A DNA stretch of 64,000 bases from the NCBI GenBank assembly GCA_039715015.1, contig JBDLIE010000009.1, positions 11,663 to 75,662 of the forward strand, read 5' to 3'. Source of the stretch: Thermodesulfobacteriota bacterium. GTDB taxonomy: Bacteria > Desulfobacterota > Desulfobulbia > Desulfobulbales > SURF-16. Numbering within the stretch: position 1 is the first letter of the stretch; each line of letters begins with the position of its first letter. Shown here one piece after another: positions 56,390 through 64,000 of this stretch. A program made the position numbers and the translations under genes. Below the pieces are notes generated by a model. The model did no database searches. It was not told where the DNA came from and worked only from the letters and a program-made list of their open reading frames with translations.

Positions 56390-58555
56390 ATGACCTTACA
56401 AAGAGAACAAAAGCCCGAGCTTTTAGCGCCGGCCGGTTCCATTGATGCCTTTGAGGCAGCCATCCATGAGGGTGCTGATGCTGTTTATATTGGCGCGCCG
56501 GCCTTCAATGCCCGAAATCTTGCCCGCCATTTTTCCGTGGCCGAGGTGGCAGCGATGATTGCCTTTGCCCATGAACAGGGGGTCAAGATCTACCTTGCCG
56601 CTAACAGCCTGGTCAAAGAGGAGGAAATTGCTGCGGCCTGCGATTTGCTCGCCATGTGCCAGGAATTACAGCCTGACGCCCTCATCATTCAGGACCTGGG
56701 GCTCTATTATCTGGCCCGCAATCATTTTCCGGACCTGGAACTGCATGCCTCAACCCTGATGGCAGCCCATAATAGTTTAGCTGTCCAGCATTTCGGCGCC
56801 ATGGGTTTTAAACGGGTGGTGCTGGCCCGGGAAATGACTCTTGCAGAGATTGATCTTGCCTGTGAGCAAGGAGTGGAGATAGAGGTCTTTGTCCATGGGG
56901 CCCTCTGTTTCGCCTATTCGGGTCTGTGCCTTTTTTCAAGCTATCTGGGGGGGAAAAGCGGCCTGCGGGGGCGTTGTGTTCAGCCCTGCCGCCGGCGCTA
57001 CACCATGGTGGGCCAGGGCGGTAAAATTGAGGCTGGGTATAATTTTTCCATGAATGACCTTTCCGGCATCGGCGTTTTGCCCGATCTTGCCGACGCTGGT
57101 GTTCGTTCTTTGAAGATAGAGGGCAGGATGCGCAGCCGTCATTATGTGGCCTCTGTGGTGCGGGCCTATCGCCTGGCCCTTGATAATCTCGATGATTTTG
57201 ACAGGGTCCTGCCAGAGGCGGAGAAAATTCTTGATCAGGCCATGGGACGTAAAAGTACTGGCGGTTATTTTGACTCACCCCAACCTGCAGATGCCTTGTC
57301 TCCCCAACATTCAGGCAATATTGGCTTGTTCATGGGGCGGATTGGCAACCATGGAGAGGGCTGGGGTACGGTGAAACTGCAACACAGCCTGCAGGTGGGG
57401 GATCGTCTCCGTCTTCATCAAGAAAAAAGCGGCGAACGCCATTCTCTGACCTTAAAGAAAATGCAGTCCCGGGGTGAGCAGCATAAGGACGCGCCCCAGG
57501 GCTGGAAAATGGAGCTCTTTTTCGGTGATATCAAACTCCAGTCCGGGGACAGCCTCTATAAGGTTGATGTTAAAGATAAGAAAAGCAAGGGCCTCCAGGT
57601 GAAGGTCGGTCCTTTTCAAAAGGTTGCGGCCCGCATTGAAAAAAACGAAACCAGCCAGCAGCTTTTCCAATTCCTGGCCATAAAAACACGGGCACCCCAG
57701 AAATTTAGCGGCGGTAAAAAGAAGAAAAAGGCGATGGAGAGTTATCAGCCTCCTGTCTGGCTCCGTGGTGATGAGTGGAGTGTGGTCAAGTCGGGCCATG
57801 ATCTGCGTCCGGAACATCTTGTCCTGAGCCTGGACGAAAAGAGTTTTGAACAGGCCATGCGCCAGCGGCGCAGCCTGCGCCACTTGATTCGCAGTGTGGT
57901 CTGGAGCCTGCCGCCGGTTATTCTTGAGGTGGATCTTGAATTCTACTTCCAGGCCCTTGCTACTCTGATGGATCTTGGCTTTTACCAGTTTCAAATCGGC
58001 CATCTTGGCCAGGTGCGCCTGCTTCGTCAGGCCCGCAAGGCATTGGCTGGCCAGAAACACCAAAAGCTCATTATCTATGGCGGCTACACCTTAAATATCC
58101 TCAACTCCCTTGCCTTGCGCACCATGCAGAAAAGTGGTTTGAGCGCTGCAGCGCTCTCCATTGAGACAGACTTGAACAATGCCCGGCTCCTGGCCCTCAA
58201 CCGTGGTCAGATGAAGATTGGCATGGAGGTGTATGGCCATCCGCCTCTCTTTACGGCCCGCCTGCAGGGAGACTCTTTTGATTATGATCGCATAATGAAG
58301 AGCCCTAAGGGAGAGGAGATAACCCTCCATGCGAAATTCGGTCAGACAGTGGCCATCGCCAAAGAACCCTTTTCCCTCCTTGATGTTATGAACGACGTGG
58401 GCAGGCTGGGTATCGATTATGTCGGCATTGATATAAGCGGTCAGCGTTTAAAGCGTAAGGACCTCCATGTTCTTTTTCAGCGCCTGCGCCGTCAGAGCAA
58501 AGGCCGGCTGAATCCCGACGAAAGTCGCTTTAATTTTCGCAATAATTTGCTCTAA
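56390..58555 (+). CDS. U32 family protein (RlhA/TrhP-like, probable RNA hydroxylation)
   Basis: PELLAPAG, HAST, LARE, FVHGALCFAYSGLC, RGRCVQPCR, SLKIEGRM. Confidence 0.9.
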   Translation: MTLQREQKPELLAPAGSIDAFEAAIHEGADAVYIGAPAFNARNLARHFSVAEVAAMIAFAHEQGVKIYLAANSLVKEEEIAAACDLLAMCQELQPDALIIQDLGLYYLARNHFPDLELHASTLMAAHNSLAVQHFGAMGFKRVVLAREMTLAEIDLACEQGVEIEVFVHGALCFAYSGLCLFSSYLGGKSGLRGRCVQPCRRRYTMVGQGGKIEAGYNFSMNDLSGIGVLPDLADAGVRSLKIEGRMRSRHYVASVVRAYRLALDNLDDFDRVLPEAEKILDQAMGRKSTGGYFDSPQPADALSPQHSGNIGLFMGRIGNHGEGWGTVKLQHSLQVGDRLRLHQEKSGERHSLTLKKMQSRGEQHKDAPQGWKMELFFGDIKLQSGDSLYKVDVKDKKSKGLQVKVGPFQKVAARIEKNETSQQLFQFLAIKTRAPQKFSGGKKKKKAMESYQPPVWLRGDEWSVVKSGHDLRPEHLVLSLDEKSFEQAMRQRRSLRHLIRSVVWSLPPVILEVDLEFYFQALATLMDLGFYQFQIGHLGQVRLLRQARKALAGQKHQKLIIYGGYTLNILNSLALRTMQKSGLSAAALSIETDLNNARLLALNRGQMKIGMEVYGHPPLFTARLQGDSFDYDRIMKSPKGEEITLHAKFGQTVAIAKEPFSLLDVMNDVGRLGIDYVGIDISGQRLKRKDLHVLFQRLRRQSKGRLNPDESRFNFRNNLL

Positions 58556-58620
58556 GTTGCTGCCCTGGAAAGGGGTGCTTCTTCTTTCTTCCTGAAAAAG
58601 TATTTCTACAGAGCTTTGGT

Positions 58621-58649
58621 TTGACAAAAGCAGAGCTCCCTTATACACT
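58621..58649 (+). promoter_or_regulatory. Sigma70-type promoter of the acyl-CoA ligase operon
   Basis: TTGACA-N17-TACACT. Confidence 0.6.
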
Positions 58650-58814
58650 AGACTAGGTATAGTTACCTATTTCCCCTCGTTTTTCTAGGACGATTCGGAG
58701 TGAAAAAAGATTTTCTCTGGTTTTCCTGAACATCCTCATGTTTACATAGTTAAAGCTGGTTGGAAATTTTATTCTAAAGGCATCTCTTTTGCGATGCGCT
58801 TAGGGGAGCGTCAA

Positions 58815-60914
58815 ATGCTTGAACCTCTCTTTTGTCCAGATTCCGTTGCGGTCATCGGTGCCTCCCGTACCCCTGGCAAGGTGGGGCATGATGTCTTTGC
58901 CAACCTGGTCGAGGGTGGATTCCCAGGGGTTATCGTTGCCGTAAATCCGTCTGCAGATGAAATCCTTGGCTATGCCTGTCACGACAGTCTGAAGGCCTAT
59001 GGCAAGGAGGTTGACCTCTGTATCATTGCAGTGCCCCAGCCCCTGGTGGAACAAGCCGTCCACGACGCCGTTGATGCCGGGGCCGGTGGTATTATTATCA
59101 TTACCGCTGGCTTCAAAGAGGTGGATGAGGAAGGGGCGCTTCTTGAAAGTAAAATAAGCCAGTTTTGCCGCAGCAAAAATGTGCGGCTGGTCGGCCCTAA
59201 CTGTCTGGGCCTTATCAATACGAATTCGAGACTTAATGCCTCCTTTGCCGGCCGTATGCCGGAACCAGGGGCCATATCTATTCTCTCCCAATCCGGGGCA
59301 TTGTGTACCGCCATTCTTGATCTTGTCGCCAGTCGCCATCTTGGCCTGCAAACCGTGGTCAGTGTCGGCAATAAAGCCGACATCACCGAGGTTGACCTTG
59401 TGCGTGCCTTGGCCGCTGATGAGCAGACCAAGGTGATAGTTGGCTATCTCGAAGACATCAGTAACGGTGACGAGTTTGTCAAGGCGGCAGAAGAGGCCTC
59501 CATGCAGAAGCCGGTGGTGGTCTTGAAATCAGGGACCACGGCGGCAGGTCAAAAGGCGGCTGCCTCCCATACCGGTGTATTGGCCGGGGCGGATACCGCC
59601 TACGGCGCCGCATTTAAGCAGACAGGTATTGTCAGGGCAGACACCTTTGACCAGCTCTTTGATTATGCCACTGCCCTTTCCATGCAGCCTCTGCCCAGGG
59701 GCAAACGGGTGCTTATCATCACCAATGCCGGCGGCCCGGGAACCATGGCCGCTGATGCCGTTGAGAAGGCAGGCATGGAGGTGGCTGAGCTTGACCGCAA
59801 TGTTGCTACTGCCCTGCGCCAGGAGCTCCCTGCTGCCGCCAGTGTCGGCAACCCCATTGATGTCCTTGGTGATGCACCTCCTGATCGCTATGCCGCCGCC
59901 CTGAAGGCGGCCCAGGAGGATGATGAGGTGGATGCCATTTTGGTTATTCTTACTCCCCAGGCCATGACCAATGCTCCGGAGACGGCCAGGGCCATTGCCA
60001 AGACCATCACCGGTGATAAACCTGTCCTGGTTTCTTTCATGGGCGGCGTCGGCGTCATGCCGGGCCGTGATGAGCTTGTTGCTTCCAGTCTGCCTGATTA
60101 TGAATCTCCGGAACGGGCCGTGGGTGCCCTGAAGGCGATGTATGAATACAGTATGTGGCGCAGCAGGCCACCCCGCATTGTTAATAGGTTCCGGGTCCAT
60201 CGCCGCAGGGTGGAGCGCATTATCACCAGAAGCCAGCGCATCGACCGCCTGCAGCTCAATGAGGTCAAGTCCAAGGCCATTCTCAAGGCCTATGGCTTCA
60301 GGATTCCTGCCGGCCAACTGGCCACCAGCGCCGACGAGGCCGTGGAGATTGCCGAGCGTATCGGCTATCCCATGGCCATGAAGATCGTCTCCCCGGATGT
60401 TATCCATAAGACCGATCTTGGCGGCGTCAAACTCAACGTTGCTAATGCCGGTAAGGTTCGCGACGCTTTTGATCTGATGACCCTGCGTATTCGGGAGCAG
60501 GTACCGAACGCCCGAATTGAAGGGGTTTATGTGGAAAAGATGGTGGACCGTGGTCTGGAAATCATCCTTGGTATGAATCGCGATCCGCAGTTTGGTCCCA
60601 TGCTGATGTTTGGCCTGGGCGGTATTTTTGTTGAGGTCATGAAGGATGTTGCCTTTCACCTGGCGCCCATTACTTCTGATGAGGCCAGGCAGATGCTCCT
60701 TGCTACCCGTTCTTATGCCATGCTTGAGGGCAAAAGAGGCAGTAAGGGGGTTGATATTGAGGCAGTGGCTGCCGGGCTGCAGAGAATAAGCCAGTTGACC
60801 ACGGATTTCCCCCAAATTCTTGAGCTTGATATAAACCCTTTCATCGTTGGTGAGATTGGCACTGAGCCGGTGGCGGCTGATGGCAGGATGACCTTAAGCG
60901 CCCCGTTGGAATAA
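58815..60914 (+). CDS. ADP-forming acetate/acyl-CoA ligase (fused alpha-beta)
   Basis: VAVIGAS, GPNCLG, SQSGA, ASHTG (phospho-His), NPIDVLG, ATP-grasp HKTDLGGV and ELDINP; no GNAT domain. Confidence 0.92.
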   Translation: MLEPLFCPDSVAVIGASRTPGKVGHDVFANLVEGGFPGVIVAVNPSADEILGYACHDSLKAYGKEVDLCIIAVPQPLVEQAVHDAVDAGAGGIIIITAGFKEVDEEGALLESKISQFCRSKNVRLVGPNCLGLINTNSRLNASFAGRMPEPGAISILSQSGALCTAILDLVASRHLGLQTVVSVGNKADITEVDLVRALAADEQTKVIVGYLEDISNGDEFVKAAEEASMQKPVVVLKSGTTAAGQKAAASHTGVLAGADTAYGAAFKQTGIVRADTFDQLFDYATALSMQPLPRGKRVLIITNAGGPGTMAADAVEKAGMEVAELDRNVATALRQELPAAASVGNPIDVLGDAPPDRYAAALKAAQEDDEVDAILVILTPQAMTNAPETARAIAKTITGDKPVLVSFMGGVGVMPGRDELVASSLPDYESPERAVGALKAMYEYSMWRSRPPRIVNRFRVHRRRVERIITRSQRIDRLQLNEVKSKAILKAYGFRIPAGQLATSADEAVEIAERIGYPMAMKIVSPDVIHKTDLGGVKLNVANAGKVRDAFDLMTLRIREQVPNARIEGVYVEKMVDRGLEIILGMNRDPQFGPMLMFGLGGIFVEVMKDVAFHLAPITSDEARQMLLATRSYAMLEGKRGSKGVDIEAVAAGLQRISQLTTDFPQILELDINPFIVGEIGTEPVAADGRMTLSAPLE

Positions 60915-60950
60915 AGATATTCGATCTGCCCATCCCTTTAGAGGATCATT

Positions 60951-62828
60951 ATGGAATATGATAGCTCCTGGCAGGATAAATTTGCCGATTTCATCGCCAC
61001 TCCTAAGCAGGCCCTTGCCAAGGTCAAGCCTGGCCAGCGTGTCTTTGTCGGCACGGGCTGCGGCGAGCCTGTGGCCCTGGTTAAGGCCCTGGTTGCCAGG
61101 GCGGGAGAGCTTTCTGATGTGGAAATTCTGCACCTGCTCACCAAGGGCGAGGCGACCTATGCGGACCAGAAGTATGAGGAAGTTTTTACAGTAAACTCCT
61201 TTTTTATCGGTGAGAATGTTCGCAAGATGATCCAACTCGGGGCCGGCAGTTATACTCCGGTGCTGATGAGTGATATCCCCAGACTTTTCGACTCCGGCCA
61301 GATCCCCCTGGATGTCGTGCTTATCCAGGTCAGCCCACCCAATTTGCAGGGTAAGGTAAGCCTGGGGGTATCTGTGGATATTGTTAAGAGTGCCGCTGAG
61401 AATGGCTCCTTGGTTGTTGCCCAGGTCAACCCCCAGATGCCCTGGACGCGGGGTGACAGCTGCCTGGACATTTATGATATCGATCTGCTGGTGCCGGTGG
61501 ATGAGCCGATCCTGGAAAGACCCTCCCGCGCGATGAGTGAGACCAATAAGACCATTGCTAAACATATTGTCTCTCTCATCGAAGACGGCTCCACCGTCCA
61601 GATCGGCATTGGTCGTATTCCCGGGATCGGCCGTATACCTCCTGCTGTTCTGTATTATCTGACCGAAAAGAAAAATATCGGCATCCATACGGAGCTGATA
61701 ACCGACTCGGTGATCAGGCTTATCAAATCAGGGGCGGTTGATGGCAGTCACAAGAGTACGGACCGTGGCAAGATCGTTACCTCCTTTTGTATGGGAACCC
61801 AAGAGCTCTATGACTTAGTGGACGACAATCCCCTCTTTTCTTTCCGGCCCACGGAATATGTCAACGATCCCTATGTGATTTCCCGCCAGCACAAGATGGT
61901 AGCCATCAACATGGCATTGGAGGTCGATCTTACCGGCCAGGTTTGTGCCGATTCGCAGGGTGATAAATTTTATTCAGGTATTGGTGGTCAGGTAGACTTC
62001 AATCGCGGTGCTTCGGCATCCAAGGGAGGCAAGTCGATCATCGTCGTCTCATCAGCGGATGAGGAAAACGGTAAGTCGCGGATAGTCTCCCACCTGACGC
62101 CGGGCTCCGGAGTGGTTACCACCCGGGGCGAGGTCCAGTATATCGTCACCGAGTTTGGGGTCGCCTACCTGCACGGCAAAAATGTCCAGGAACGCGCCCT
62201 GGCCTTAATCAGTATCGCCCACCCTGATTACCGGGAACAGCTCCTAAAGGAGGCCATCGACGCCCATTTTATCCGCCAGGATTTTGCCGATGTTGAAGGC
62301 CGGTTTGTGGTGGCCAGTGAGACGATCAAGACCTCTCTGCTTCTTGATGATGGCACCCAGGTGCAGTTCAGGCCGGTTCATCCCACCGATGAATCAAAGA
62401 TGCGTGAGCTGATTTACAATCTCTCTCAGGAGACTATCTACTACCGCTTTATGAGCCATCAGCAGCATTTCGGCAGCAAGCAGATTCATAATTTTGTCTA
62501 TGTCGACCATCGTAAAGATGTGGCCATTGTCGGCGTGGTCCCTGAGGCCCATGGCGAGGATATAATCGCTGTTGGCCGGTATTATCTTGATGAGCGTACC
62601 AACAGGGCGGAGGTTGCCTTTGTTATCCGTGACGCCTGGCAGAATAGAGCCATCGGCACCTTTTTATTTAAGCACCTCGTGAAGATGGCGAAGAATAACG
62701 GTATTTCAGGATTTAGCGCCGAAGTTCTCCGTGAAAATAAGAGGATGCAGGCCATCTTTAATAATTCAGGTTACAAGGTGCAAAGCTCCCTGGAGGAGGG
62801 GGTGTATAGTATCAGTATTGATTTCTAA
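60951..62828 (+). CDS. Acetyl-CoA hydrolase/CoA-transferase fused to a C-terminal GNAT acetyltransferase
   Basis: QIGIG, GIHTE, SGIGGQVDF, VTEFG; C-terminal RPVHPTD, YYRF, AEVAFVIRDAWQNRAIG, ENKRM. Confidence 0.9.
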   Translation: MEYDSSWQDKFADFIATPKQALAKVKPGQRVFVGTGCGEPVALVKALVARAGELSDVEILHLLTKGEATYADQKYEEVFTVNSFFIGENVRKMIQLGAGSYTPVLMSDIPRLFDSGQIPLDVVLIQVSPPNLQGKVSLGVSVDIVKSAAENGSLVVAQVNPQMPWTRGDSCLDIYDIDLLVPVDEPILERPSRAMSETNKTIAKHIVSLIEDGSTVQIGIGRIPGIGRIPPAVLYYLTEKKNIGIHTELITDSVIRLIKSGAVDGSHKSTDRGKIVTSFCMGTQELYDLVDDNPLFSFRPTEYVNDPYVISRQHKMVAINMALEVDLTGQVCADSQGDKFYSGIGGQVDFNRGASASKGGKSIIVVSSADEENGKSRIVSHLTPGSGVVTTRGEVQYIVTEFGVAYLHGKNVQERALALISIAHPDYREQLLKEAIDAHFIRQDFADVEGRFVVASETIKTSLLLDDGTQVQFRPVHPTDESKMRELIYNLSQETIYYRFMSHQQHFGSKQIHNFVYVDHRKDVAIVGVVPEAHGEDIIAVGRYYLDERTNRAEVAFVIRDAWQNRAIGTFLFKHLVKMAKNNGISGFSAEVLRENKRMQAIFNNSGYKVQSSLEEGVYSISIDF

Positions 62829-62833
62829 GCGCT

Positions 62834-62928
62834 TGAGCCTGTCCCAGGGCCAGTGCTGCCTGGGGAAGGTCAATAGGGATGCCCGTTCGGGCTCCGTCAA
62901 GTAATTAAGTAATTTCAGTGACATAACA
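62834..62928 (+). repeat. Direct repeat copy 1 (about 95 bp)
   Basis: Aligns by eye at roughly 80% with 63823-63915, including identical GGATGCCCGTTCGGGCTCC and TGACATAACA. Confidence 0.85.
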
Positions 62929-63058
62929 GGCATTAATGGGTAGGGTGTATTCTGATTGACACTGAACCTCAGCCATGATTGATCGACATTGCTGCTAACA
63001 CGTCGTACTGGGCCCGGCCTTAAACGTGAAGTGCCGGAGATATGGAAGGAAGGAAAAT

Positions 63059-63571
63059 ATGAATAAGCTCTTGTCTTTTGCCACAATTCTCTTTGTAGTT
63101 TTGGCAATAACCGCTTGCGCCAAGGCGACTGTTAAGCAGGCATATAAACCCCAAGAGACCCATGTCTCAGATGCGAGAGGGGCAGATAAAGCTGATTCCA
63201 GGGCAATAAAGGACAAGATGTATCTGCAGTATCAGCAATGGAAGGGGACAAGACACGCGATGGGAGGCCTCAGCAAGAGAGGGGTAGACTGCTCGGGTTT
63301 TGTCTATCTCACCTATCGTGAAAAACTTGGCGTAGAGCTTCCCCGCTCAACCAAGCTTCAGTCTCAGATTGGCAAAAAGATCAAACGGAGTGAACTTCGT
63401 CCAGGTGATTTGGTGTTCTTTAAAACAGGCTTTAAGGGCAGGCATGTAGGTATTTACATAGAAAATGGCAAATTCCTTCATGTTTCAACCAGAAAGGGAG
63501 TGATGATCTCAAGTTTGTCTGATTACTATTGGAAAGACAGGTATTGGCATTCAAGAAGAGTTCGCCTGTGA
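63059..63571 (+). CDS. NlpC/P60 lipoprotein peptidoglycan endopeptidase (Spr/MepS-like)
   Basis: Lipobox ITAC, GVDCSGF, LPRST, PGDLVFF, HVGIY, FLH. Confidence 0.93.
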   Translation: MNKLLSFATILFVVLAITACAKATVKQAYKPQETHVSDARGADKADSRAIKDKMYLQYQQWKGTRHAMGGLSKRGVDCSGFVYLTYREKLGVELPRSTKLQSQIGKKIKRSELRPGDLVFFKTGFKGRHVGIYIENGKFLHVSTRKGVMISSLSDYYWKDRYWHSRRVRL

Positions 63572-63595
63572 TTTCGTTTTTCTGTTTGGCAGGAA

Positions 63596-63915
63596 GGGGA
63601 CCTTGGGTGACTTTTGGGTCTTGGTTGCTATTACTTGTTACTTTTCTTCGCCCGCCTTGCTGGCTGCTTGCCCAAAGAAAAGTAACCAAAAGAAAGGGCA
63701 CCCCAGCAGCACTGGCCTACGGCGCGCTCGTCTTGGGCTGGGAACTCTTCGACAAGCTCAGAGACCGTTCCTCTAGATTGCTTGATTGCAGAGTGTCGAT
63801 GCATGCCGAACAAAGCGGTTCCTGAGCCTGTCGAAGGGCAGTGCTGAATGGGGAGGGACAATAAGGATGCCCGTTCGGGCTCCATTAAATAATCAGGCAG
63901 TTTCTTGACATAACA
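63596..63915 (+). repeat. Composite palindromic repeat element including direct repeat copy 2
   Basis: GTTACTTTTCTT/AAGAAAAGTAAC inverted pair; CTTCGACAAGCTCAGAGACCG/CGGTTCCTGAGCCTGTCGAAG inverted pair (63747-63836); repeat copy 2 at 63823-63915. Confidence 0.75.
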
Positions 63916-64000
63916 ACTAATTTCGGTGAATATCGGACCTGTTTAAAATAAGGCTTCGCGCTCTTGTTGGGGTATGCGGCACACTGGATATCTCCAATAT

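Noticed and set aside
59529..60815. Long antisense ORFs (428 aa here; also 9982-10797, 27153-27965, 30171-31001, 36903-37883, 47330-48262)
   Set aside because: They are shadows of well-conserved sense genes with biased codon usage and show no recognisable motifs.
62919..62928. ACATAAC/GTTATGT resembling an integron attC core at the repeat ends
   Set aside because: No complementary R' box at a suitable distance, the shared sequence lies on the wrong side of the core, and no integron integrase is in the window.
63529..63885. Short ORFs over the terminal repeat region
   Set aside because: They coincide with palindromic repeats and have no RBS or protein-like features.
1..64000. tRNA/rRNA, CRISPR arrays, transposases, prophage or defence genes, selenocysteine or programmed frameshift recoding
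   Set aside because: No cloverleaf, spaced repeat array, relevant motif or interrupted conserved frame was seen by eye. tRNAscan-SE, Infernal and CRISPR/defence finders would be needed to exclude them formally.

Overview
Core-chromosome segment of a Gram-negative anaerobe, most likely Desulfobacterota (Desulfobulbales-like); this is inferred from gene content and order, not from a database search. Left to right: class I fumarate hydratase alpha/beta; ftsE-ftsX-envC-ctpA (minus strand); a flagellar cluster (sensor-less sigma54 activator, TPR protein, sigma54 response regulator, flgBC-fliEFGHIJ-motE-like, fliK-flgD-flgE); an orphan CooC-like ATPase; ileS-lspA-fabD; ffh-rpsP-khpA-rimM-trmD-RNA methyltransferase-rplS; rnhB-yraN-pdxA-P-loop kinase; TPR lipoprotein, LolB-like lipoprotein, radical SAM fusion, rng; rplU-rpmA-obgE-proB-proA-nadD; a chemoreceptor; a divergent folE2; hslR-IMP cyclohydrolase-purN-pyrR-histidine kinase-U32; ADP-forming acyl-CoA ligase plus CoA-transferase/GNAT fusion; and an NlpC/P60 gene between direct repeats. 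I saw no rRNA, tRNA, CRISPR array, transposase, integrase or prophage. The most notable items are a 949-aa hook protein with three tandem inserted domains, an internally repeated FliK, a shared candidate operator plus three -24/-12 promoters, the CoA-transferase/GNAT module with a conserved hexapeptide duplication, a folE2/half-purH/purN cluster, and several palindromic or structured intergenic elements. All calls are by eye from motifs. Several starts were moved from the ORF track using RBS position and family N-termini.
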